From a virus (lineage: Duplodnaviria; Caudoviricetes): a DNA stretch of 45,720 nucleotides. A program made the position numbers and the translations under genes. Where the stretch lies: IMG/VR virus record IMGVR_UViG_3300024219_000001, positions 1-45,720 of that record. One strand, written 5' to 3'. This document shows, piece by piece, positions 8,399 to 15,951 of the stretch. The stretch's first letter is position 1; every line of letters starts with the position of its first letter. The notes under the pieces were generated by a model. That model saw only the letters and a list, made by a program, of their open reading frames with translations. It ran no database searches and had not been told where the DNA came from.

Positions 8399-10017
8399 GC
8401 GTTGTCCGAGGCGCCAGCCTCGGCCCCGACGATCCTGCCACGGACGAGGCCGGGTTGCGAGAGACGGCCCTTGGGGGCCTCGGGAAGCGTCTCGCCGATG
8501 ACGGGAATCGAGGTCATCGCGAGCGGGCGCGGGCGCAGCCTGAGCATCATCGCGCGGCGGATGCGGCCAACGGCCTTCCAGAAGCCGCGCATCAGCGGCG
8601 GGTTGCCGATGGGCTTCCCGCCGATCGACGGGCGGCGCAGGCGGCGCATGAGTCGCGCGCGCCGCATCGGCCTGCGCGGCAGCCGCAGCGTGATCGGCGA
8701 CGCGGCGTGACCTGCGACGAGCTGCAACCGGCTGCGCGCGCGCTTCCAGAGCCGCACGCGGCGCCTGATCCTGCGGCCCGGAAGCGGCGGATTTGGGATG
8801 ATCTGGATCCCGATCGCCGTGAGGAATCCGGCGGTAGCGACCGAGAAGTCCAGGACGAAGCCCCCGGATCCAGAGGCGCCGATCCACGTCGCGCGTTGCG
8901 CAATGCCGCCCGTGTGGTTGTACGTGAGGACCGCGACGTCCTCTTGACGGTGGTGCGTATTGAACGGCGCTGCGGCGCCGTTGGTCTTCCCTTCCTCGCC
9001 GTGGAACGTGTACGCGCGCGAGCCGTAGCGGCCTGTGACGAAGAGACCCGTCGCCGCCGCTGTCGGCCCGTCGGTGGGCGTCGCGGATGCCGCGATGAGC
9101 GTGCTCTGCCCGATGACGATGTCGGGCGTGAAGCCGAAAGCGTTGAACGCCTGAGGACCGGTCGATCCCGAGACCGCCATCGACGCGCATGCGATGCGTA
9201 CCGCACTGCCGAACTGGAGCGCGAGCACCATCGCTTGCAGCGTGGTGACCGAGTCCGGGCCCCAGGTGTAGCCCTGCGAGTCGAAGGAAGAGACGGTGGC
9301 GCGCGCTGCCGTGCGCGTCGTGAACATGCTCGCCCAGGCGAACGCTGTCGTTACCTCACCGTCGGCATCGCTCGGCTCGGTCGCGTCGTCGAGATCGACG
9401 AACGAGCTGACCTGAGGCACGCCGCCAGCGTCGATCGCGAAGCCGATGTTGATCTCGGCGTCTGTCGAGTCAGTGCCGTCCGCGCCGCCACCACCGAAGG
9501 CGATCAGGCAACTCGGTCGGAAGAAGGGTGAATCGCCGACGTCTTCGTTGGATGACGCGGACGCGCTAGGGCGCGCAATCCCGGAGTGCGGGATCGAGAA
9601 CAGGATCGCGGTGACCTTGACTTGAATCGTGCGCGTGGTGAAGTTCAGGCGGACGCCGCCGGAGATGGCGGAATCGAACTTCGCCAGAACGACCGTCGTG
9701 TTGACGTTCGTACCGTCTACGACGTGGATGCAACGCGAGTTGAAGCGGCTCGTGTTGTAGTCGGGGACGTTCAGCGAGGCATTCGAACCCTGCGCGCAAT
9801 ACGAGTGGTTCTTGCCCGCATCGCCCGTGCCTTCGACCGAGCACGCGCCCATGCCGAGGAGCCCGTTCGCGACGTCGGTGCTGTCCGTCGTTGAGCCGGC
9901 GTAGATGAAGAGCGCGCAGGAGAACGCGCCCGTGATGCTCGGATGCGTGACGTCGAAGAGCGCGGCATCACCGGATGCCGGAGTCGTGAACGTGACGACG
10001 GCGATCTGATCGACCAT
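8395..10017 (-). CDS. Fibre/receptor-binding protein 2 with Arg-rich C-terminal tail (540 aa)
   Basis: G/S/T/A-rich beta domains (GPQAFNAFGFTPDIVIG), then about 135 aa of Arg-rich tail. Confidence 0.7.
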   Translation of the reverse strand: MVDQIAVVTFTTPASGDAALFDVTHPSITGAFSCALFIYAGSTTDSTDVANGLLGMGACSVEGTGDAGKNHSYCAQGSNASLNVPDYNTSRFNSRCIHVVDGTNVNTTVVLAKFDSAISGGVRLNFTTRTIQVKVTAILFSIPHSGIARPSASASSNEDVGDSPFFRPSCLIAFGGGGADGTDSTDAEINIGFAIDAGGVPQVSSFVDLDDATEPSDADGEVTTAFAWASMFTTRTAARATVSSFDSQGYTWGPDSVTTLQAMVLALQFGSAVRIACASMAVSGSTGPQAFNAFGFTPDIVIGQSTLIAASATPTDGPTAAATGLFVTGRYGSRAYTFHGEEGKTNGAAAPFNTHHRQEDVAVLTYNHTGGIAQRATWIGASGSGGFVLDFSVATAGFLTAIGIQIIPNPPLPGRRIRRRVRLWKRARSRLQLVAGHAASPITLRLPRRPMRRARLMRRLRRPSIGGKPIGNPPLMRGFWKAVGRIRRAMMLRLRPRPLAMTSIPVIGETLPEAPKGRLSQPGLVRGRIVGAEAGASDNA

Positions 10018-10598
10018 CAGACGCCGCCCTCCACGATGCGCCCGCGCAGGAGGCCGGGAGCCGCGAGCCTGCCCTTCACGGTCTGTTCGACGCCGACGAT
10101 GGGCACGACCGGAGTGCCAGGCCCTTCCAGCTCAGGACGCCAGCGGAGTCGTGCCCGCATCGCGCGGCGCATGCGGGCGATGTCGCGATGGAAGCGCGAG
10201 CTCGGAAACGCCTTGCCTGTCGCGGGCGTCGCCGCACTCGGAAGCCTAGGCGCTCGCGGGCGAAGTAGCCGTGCCCGCAGACGCTTCAGACGCAACGCGC
10301 GATGCAGGACGGGCGGCGCAACAGCGGCGAAAATCGTAATGGAGGGCGCGGACGGGTGCCGACCGATACGTCGCGGCAGGTGCAGGTGGATCCGTTTCGT
10401 TCTGCGCACGACGACGCGAAGCGCCGCGAAGGTTGTGACCGCAGGTACGAGGATACGCCTGCGCAGGTAGAGTCGCCTGCGCAGGCGCGCGCGCGCCCAT
10501 CTGCGGACGACGATGAGGGTCGCCGCGAAGGTCGGCGGAACGAACCTGCGTCGTCGAATCGGAGACGGGCGTCGGTAGACCCACCCGCGTCCGGACAC
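10017..10598 (-). CDS. Arg-rich repeat protein (193 aa), putative fibre spine
   Basis: Fills the gap between neighbours exactly; repeats of RRR..P..TFAA; C-terminus homologous to that of 8395-10017. Confidence 0.7.
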   Translation of the reverse strand: MSGRGWVYRRPSPIRRRRFVPPTFAATLIVVRRWARARLRRRLYLRRRILVPAVTTFAALRVVVRRTKRIHLHLPRRIGRHPSAPSITIFAAVAPPVLHRALRLKRLRARLLRPRAPRLPSAATPATGKAFPSSRFHRDIARMRRAMRARLRWRPELEGPGTPVVPIVGVEQTVKGRLAAPGLLRGRIVEGGV

Positions 10599-10601
10599 GA
10601 A

Positions 10602-11120
10602 CTACAGCGCGCCGATGACTTCGAAGGTGAAGCGGGCCGACACGGTGATCGGGTTGCCGATGGCGTCCGGCGTGGCGTCCGCGAAGTCCTCGCCCGAGTC
10701 GCAGATGCTGATCCAGATGGTCTCAGACGGCGAGAACTCGTAGCGCTCCTCGGGAGTCGGGGTCAGATACCAGCCCGCCTGGACGTTCCACGTCTCCTCG
10801 CAGAGGATCACCTTGGTGCCGGCAGTGGTCGGAAGAGTCGTCACGTCTCCCATGCGCACCGTGCCGCTGAAGGCGCCGAACGCCGTGTCGATCGGTCTCG
10901 GCGTGGCGGCGGCACCGCCGGTCCCGTTCGTCACCGTGCCCGTCACGCGGTGAATCACCGCGCGCAGCATGGCCGCGTTGGCGTCGCCAGCGTCGGAGCT
11001 CTGCCCGATGAAGCCAGAGACCAACCGCACGCACTGGCTGGCCGAGATCGGCAGTTGAAGGATGTTGGCCGCCTGTGTCACGGCGGCATTGCTCAGCGTG
11101 ACCGTGTAGAACCGAGACAT
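10602..11120 (-). CDS. Small beta-sandwich virion protein (172 aa), putative fibre subunit
   Basis: GAGGA RBS, hairpin-rich leader, alternating beta pattern, acidic C-terminal half. Confidence 0.7.
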   Translation of the reverse strand: MSRFYTVTLSNAAVTQAANILQLPISASQCVRLVSGFIGQSSDAGDANAAMLRAVIHRVTGTVTNGTGGAAATPRPIDTAFGAFSGTVRMGDVTTLPTTAGTKVILCEETWNVQAGWYLTPTPEERYEFSPSETIWISICDSGEDFADATPDAIGNPITVSARFTFEVIGAL

Positions 11121-11202
11121 TGTGGTTTCCTCGTGGGAGTTGGAGGCCCGAGGAAGCCCCTCGGGGATGAACCGTCAGGGTAGGGACGGCCCGAGCCCGG
11201 GT

Positions 11203-12543
11203 CTACATCCTCCCGAGCTGCCGACGCCAGCGGCGTTGCGGCAGGATCGGGCCGGGATCGAGACCTCCGATCGCGACGATGGCGGAGAGCCTTGCCGCCG
11301 CGGACGCCGTGTCGATGTTCACGACGAGGCCGGCGGGCGTCACGTCAACGTGTGAGGCAGCCCAGTCGCGCACGAGAGTCCCGCCAGCGACAGGCTTCAG
11401 GAGATCCACGAGCTTGGAGCTGGTGACGCTGCGCGTGGCCGAGCTCGTCCCGGCGAGGTTCGTGTCACCCGCCTGGATGCTCACACAGACCGACTCCGGC
11501 CCTGTCCACCAGCCCTCCGAGATGACCGACCGGGTGCTGTTGGTGGTGTTCGTGCTGTTCTTCGTCGCCAGCATCGTCCCGATCATCGCGTAGGCGACCG
11601 GCGTCATCCCGAGCGCGATCGTCTTGTTGCCTGTCGTCGAGGTGTCGAGCCAGGGCGCACCGCCCCCCGGGTCGGTCGTCGGAAGCACGATCGCCCGCAG
11701 CGCGCGCGGAGTCCGGAAGTGGACGAAGAGGATCGCCGCGCTGATGTTCTCGGCCGCGTCGCGCTTCGTGAAGGTCGGCGTATTGCCGTTCCAGCTAGTG
11801 AGCTCCAGTCCGGCGCCGTCGGTCGTCTCGTCGGTGCGGTAGGCGCAGCGCGTATCGGAGAGTCTGGTGCCGCCCTTCCAGGTCAAGACCTGCGGCGCGT
11901 CCTGGTTCTGATCGCTGACACAGAACTGCTCGATGGTGCCGGCGATCGTCTTCACGGCGTACCCGATGCCGACTCGCCCGTCGGCCGAGTCCGAGTCCGC
12001 CGCGTACGCGCTCCAGTGCGAGTAGAGCACCGCGAGATCCGGCGCGAACCCGAGGTCGGGCACGTCCTGCGTCGCGTTCTGCGAGCCAGTGTGCGTGAAC
12101 TCGACCACCTTGACGTCGATGTCGTCGCCGTACCAGTCAACGGAGGTTATGAGCGAGGCCGCGTTTAGGAGGTCGCTCCACGAGACCGTGCTGCCGCCTG
12201 CGCCGAAGCTGGAGAAGGCTGCGACGCCGTTGACGGCGCCAGACGCGCCGAGGGGCGCGTCGATGACGTGCGCGTTGGCAATGCGCGTGCGGCAGTCCTG
12301 CGCTCCGACGGCGCTTCCGTTTTCGGCCATCGCGCCGAGCGCACGACTCGTCGTGCCGTCGGTCATCCCGAGCAGCATCCGGTAGGCGTTGACCTCGGTA
12401 CCGAGCGTGGTGCCGGCTGTCGCGCGGTAGAGCGTCGCCTTCGGCGTCAGCGTCGATGCGGGGCCGCTCGCCACCTTGACGTCCTGCGTCACCGGCGGAG
12501 TTCCGGCCGTGGGCGCGGAGGAGACGGCGCAGCGAATGATCAC
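11203..12543 (-). CDS. Fibre/receptor-binding protein 1 (446 aa)
   Basis: GTG start overlaps the sulfatase stop (GTGA); domains similar to 8395-10017 (TQDVPDLGFAPDLAVLY); ends PQRRWRRQLGRM. Confidence 0.7.
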   Translation of the reverse strand: MIIRCAVSSAPTAGTPPVTQDVKVASGPASTLTPKATLYRATAGTTLGTEVNAYRMLLGMTDGTTSRALGAMAENGSAVGAQDCRTRIANAHVIDAPLGASGAVNGVAAFSSFGAGGSTVSWSDLLNAASLITSVDWYGDDIDVKVVEFTHTGSQNATQDVPDLGFAPDLAVLYSHWSAYAADSDSADGRVGIGYAVKTIAGTIEQFCVSDQNQDAPQVLTWKGGTRLSDTRCAYRTDETTDGAGLELTSWNGNTPTFTKRDAAENISAAILFVHFRTPRALRAIVLPTTDPGGGAPWLDTSTTGNKTIALGMTPVAYAMIGTMLATKNSTNTTNSTRSVISEGWWTGPESVCVSIQAGDTNLAGTSSATRSVTSSKLVDLLKPVAGGTLVRDWAASHVDVTPAGLVVNIDTASAAARLSAIVAIGGLDPGPILPQRRWRRQLGRM

Positions 12544-13772
12544 GGGGCCCCGGCAGCGAGAAGGTGGTTGCGCAGGTAGAGCGAGATCGCAAAGTGGGTG
12601 TTGGGCACGAGCGGCACGAGCTCGTCGGGGTCGGCCACGAGGTCGTACAGCTCCTCGGTGAGCGCCTGGTTCGGAAGCCCGAAACGGCGGAGCTTCCATC
12701 GCTGCCCGCCCGTGAAGTTGCCGATCGCTGCCCAGTCGCCAGGCACGGCAGGGTTCCCTCCGAACCAGCCGCCGGCCTGCCCGACGAGGACAAAGCCGTG
12801 CGTCCCGCCGACGAGCGAGATCCCGTCGATGCCGGTCGGAGGTGCAACGGTCCAGTAGTCCGCCAGCGTCGGCAGGATGTCCACGCCAGATACGAGCTTC
12901 TCCGAGGTGGACGGGATGAGGCCGGCGCCCGCCATCACGAGCGGAATGCGGACGCCGCGCTCGTAGGTGGAGTTCTTCGCGCGCGCGGGGTCGGGCGAGA
13001 TCGACTCCGGCGTCCCGTTGTCGCCGATCACGATCACGAGCCAGTCTGAGAGTGCGAGCGGCGCGAGGACGCGGCCGAGCTGGTAGTCGGCCGCCGCGAG
13101 CATCATCTTGAAGCGGTCGCGGTCGGTGATGGTGATCGCGGGGTAGCCGGGCGGACGGCAGCTCGTCGGAACCGTGTGGAAGGGGGCGTGCGGGAGGTTC
13201 ATCGACCATTTGATGAACATCGGTTCGCCAGAGTGCGCCGCGATGTAGGCCGAAAGCTGCTGTTCGATTTCCAGCGGCGAGTAGAGCGTGGACGGCGAGT
13301 ACGTGCCGGCGGCGGTGTTGGCGTACTTCCAGTTCGAGTAGCCCGAGCCGCCGCACGAGGTCATGTTCCCTGGCGTCCCTTGCCAGTGTGTGAAGCCGTG
13401 GACGAGCGGGGCCGTGAGGAACGTCGATCCGGTCGGATCCGTCGGGTCGCCGCCGAGGTGCCACTTGCCGAAGAGCGCGCGGTTCTGGACGAGCGCCGTT
13501 GCCGCGACGTCAGCAATCGACGGCAGCGAAAGCGGCGGCTCTGCACCGGGCATCGGGTCGCACCCGACGCCGCTCTCCGAGAAGTAGAACTTGGAGAAGA
13601 AGATCCCGCGGCGCGACGGCGAGCACTGCGGTGAGCAGTACGCCTGCCGGTACTCGATCCCTTGGGCTACGAGGGAGTCGTACGTCGGCATCCAGCCGGC
13701 CGCGCGCAGCTCGTCCGTGTCGGCCTGCGCGGCGTCGTCCAGCGTCACCACGAGAACGTTCTTGTTGACCAT
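12540..13772 (-). CDS. Type I (formylglycine-dependent) sulfatase (410 aa)
   Basis: NVLVVTLDD, CSPSR (CxPxR), GKWHLG, PHAPFH, GDNG, K.STYERGVRIPL, DILPTL and ELYDL..DPDE motifs; no signal peptide. Confidence 0.93.
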   Translation of the reverse strand: MVNKNVLVVTLDDAAQADTDELRAAGWMPTYDSLVAQGIEYRQAYCSPQCSPSRRGIFFSKFYFSESGVGCDPMPGAEPPLSLPSIADVAATALVQNRALFGKWHLGGDPTDPTGSTFLTAPLVHGFTHWQGTPGNMTSCGGSGYSNWKYANTAAGTYSPSTLYSPLEIEQQLSAYIAAHSGEPMFIKWSMNLPHAPFHTVPTSCRPPGYPAITITDRDRFKMMLAAADYQLGRVLAPLALSDWLVIVIGDNGTPESISPDPARAKNSTYERGVRIPLVMAGAGLIPSTSEKLVSGVDILPTLADYWTVAPPTGIDGISLVGGTHGFVLVGQAGGWFGGNPAVPGDWAAIGNFTGGQRWKLRRFGLPNQALTEELYDLVADPDELVPLVPNTHFAISLYLRNHLLAAGAP

Positions 13773-13798
13773 GGTCGGCGGAGTCTAGTCTCCCGGCC
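13773..13798. promoter_or_regulatory. Bidirectional leaderless promoter with overlapping -10 boxes
   Basis: AGTCTAGTCT gives TAGACT on minus (9 nt to sulfatase ATG) and TAGTCT on plus (7 nt to GroES-like ATG). Confidence 0.6.
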
Positions 13799-14173
13799 AT
13801 GAAGACCGAAACCTCGCTCGCATCAACCATTCGCCCGCGTGGCGAGTGGGTCCTGATTCGCCCCCGCAACCAGGCCACGAACATCCTGTTGCCAGAGGGC
13901 GTCGCCGATCGCGTGAAGTACGAGTGCGAGGTGCTGGCGGTCGGCGACGGGTGGCGTCTTCCGGATGGGAAGCGCGAGCCGCTCGACATCCACGTCGGCG
14001 ACATCATGATCGTCGCCATCGGTCCGGGGTCGAGCATCCTCAGCTTCCCCGAGTGGAAGGACGAAGGGCTCTCGATGGTCCTGGAGGGCGAGTTGATTGC
14101 GCAGAGCACGCGCGCGGCCGGGCCGACCCTGCGCGCGCTCGCAAAGCCGGCGGCGGGTGTGCTGACGGCGTAG
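13799..14173 (+). CDS. groES: GroES/Cpn10-like co-chaperonin
   Basis: IRPRGEWVLIRP, ILLPE, EVLAVGDG...DGKREPLDIHVGD and EGELIA motifs. Confidence 0.85.
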   Translation: MKTETSLASTIRPRGEWVLIRPRNQATNILLPEGVADRVKYECEVLAVGDGWRLPDGKREPLDIHVGDIMIVAIGPGSSILSFPEWKDEGLSMVLEGELIAQSTRAAGPTLRALAKPAAGVLTA

Positions 14174-14180
14174 AGCGCGC

Positions 14181-15791
14181 GTGACAGAGCACGCGCTGTT
14201 TGGAGGCGCAGCGGAACTGTTCCTCGCCGACGAGCGCGAGGTTGTCATCGCGGGCGGTGCGCGAACGGGCAAGACCAATGGCGTCCTCGTCAAGGCGAAG
14301 TACGAGGCCGAGACGTACCCGGGTTGGCGGCAACTCTTCGTCCGCATGACGCGGCGCTCGCTCTCGGAGTCCGTGCTACCCGACTGGGAGAACAAGATCC
14401 TCGGGCGCCATCACCCGATGCTCGGTGGACGACAGCGCGAGGGACGTTCGACGTACCAGCACCCGAACGGATCGACCGTGATCCTCGGCGGCATGGACGA
14501 CCCGGCCGGATTCCTCTCGGCCGAGCTCGACTCGATCAAGTTCTTCCAGGCCGAGCAGCAGCCGGACCCGAAGGGCTGGGACATGCTGCTCTCGCGCCTC
14601 TCGGGCAGCGCCGGGCCCTACCAGCAGATGATCGCCGACGTGAACCCGGGCGGGCGCAATCACTGGATCCTGCGGCGCGCGAAGGAACTCCTGTGCCTTC
14701 GGTGCGGGACGCCGCAAACGGATGGCGGCGCGGCTCGCTGCGAGAAGTGTGGCGCCACCGAGCTCGGGCGCATGCGATGGATCGACAGCCGCCACGAGGA
14801 CAATCCGCTGTTCTTCGACCACAAGGCCGGCAAGTACCGGAAGAAGGGAACCGACTACATCATCGGGGTCCTCGGGCGCCTGCGAGGAGTCGCGCGGCGC
14901 AAGTACCTCAAGCACGAGTGGTGCAGCGAGGAAGGGCAGATCCTGGAGGAGTTTGACCCGGCCGTGCATCTCCTGTCTGGGCACGTCGAGCAGCAGGTTG
15001 ACCGCTCGTGGCTCCTGCACGTCAAACACCCGGACTGGGTTCAGGAGGACCCGAAGCAGAAGCAAGACCCGATGCGTACGACGCCCGTGCGCCTGGACTG
15101 GTTCGGTGCCGGCGTAGACTGGGGCTATCACCCGGATCCTGGCGTGATCCAAGTGTGGGGCTACGACAGGTTCTCGCGCCGGTTCCTCGTGGCGGAGGTG
15201 TACCGGCTCAACTGGCAACGCGAGAAGTGGGCCGATGTCGCCGAGGAGCTGTGGCGCGAGTTCGATATCCGCTACTTTGCGTGCGATCCGTCTCGGAACG
15301 CCGATATTGACTACTTCAACATGCGGCTCACGGGCGCGCGCGCACCGATCGGTGCGGCGCAGCGCACGTCACCAGCCATCGCGATCGGGGCCGACAACAC
15401 GCTGCGCCGGCAGAAGCCAGACCTCGCCGGCATCGACCTCATGCGCTGGGGGCTGAAGGACCCGAAAGGAATCGTCCGCACGTTCCTGTTGCGCGACTGC
15501 ACGCGCTACGGACGTGACCCCGAGCTACGCGAGGCGAGCCGGCCGACATGCCTGGAGGAGGAAATCCCGATGTGGGTGTACGCGAAGAAGAAGTCCACCG
15601 ACGAGCTCTTGGAGAAGCCGGACGACTCGTGCGATGAACACGGGTGTGACGCGAACAGGTATGAGATGGGAGAAGGCTGGGGACGCCGACTCGCCGCCAA
15701 GCTGAAGTCGAGTCAGTTCCCGGAGGGCTCGATGGGGCAGATCATGCGCCACGATGAGAAGATGAGTCGCGCGAAGCGGTTCGGCGAGTAG
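14181..15791 (+). CDS. terL: Terminase large subunit (536 aa)
   Basis: Walker A GGARTGKT, NGS.VILGGMDD, DVNPG...HWI and nuclease motifs GVDWGY, CDPS, DEHGCDANRY. Confidence 0.93.
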   Translation: MTEHALFGGAAELFLADEREVVIAGGARTGKTNGVLVKAKYEAETYPGWRQLFVRMTRRSLSESVLPDWENKILGRHHPMLGGRQREGRSTYQHPNGSTVILGGMDDPAGFLSAELDSIKFFQAEQQPDPKGWDMLLSRLSGSAGPYQQMIADVNPGGRNHWILRRAKELLCLRCGTPQTDGGAARCEKCGATELGRMRWIDSRHEDNPLFFDHKAGKYRKKGTDYIIGVLGRLRGVARRKYLKHEWCSEEGQILEEFDPAVHLLSGHVEQQVDRSWLLHVKHPDWVQEDPKQKQDPMRTTPVRLDWFGAGVDWGYHPDPGVIQVWGYDRFSRRFLVAEVYRLNWQREKWADVAEELWREFDIRYFACDPSRNADIDYFNMRLTGARAPIGAAQRTSPAIAIGADNTLRRQKPDLAGIDLMRWGLKDPKGIVRTFLLRDCTRYGRDPELREASRPTCLEEEIPMWVYAKKKSTDELLEKPDDSCDEHGCDANRYEMGEGWGRRLAAKLKSSQFPEGSMGQIMRHDEKMSRAKRFGE

Positions 15792-15951
15792 TCGGTCGGC
15801 AGAGCCAGCAGCGGAACTTGCGACCGATGAGGCCGGTGTTCTGGCAGAGTGCGCACGGCTTCACGTCGAGAGGCTTGGTTCGCGTGAGCTCATCGAGCAT
15901 GGCGGCGAGGTATTCAGTCGTGATCGTCGGCAGCTCTTCGTGCTCGTTCAC
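15742..15951 (-). CDS. Small Zn-finger protein (CALC...CWLC)
   Basis: GTGA coupling; converges on and overlaps the end of terL. Confidence 0.5.
   Translation of the reverse strand: MNEHEELPTITTEYLAAMLDELTRTKPLDVKPCALCQNTGLIGRKFRCWLCRPTTRRTASRDSSSHRGA

Noticed and set aside
10017-10598. Dismissing the Arg-rich ORF as a GC artefact
   Set aside because: It tiles exactly between its neighbours, has internal repeats and shares a C-terminal motif with the adjacent fibre gene.
8395-12543. Diversity-generating retroelement or invertase-based fibre switching
   Set aside because: No reverse transcriptase, recombinase or near-identical template/variable repeat pair was seen.
11203-13464. 753-aa fibre protein as given in the ORF track
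   Set aside because: The N-terminal 300 aa are an alternative frame of the sulfatase; the likely start is the coupled GTG at 12543. A frameshift fusion has no visible slippery site.
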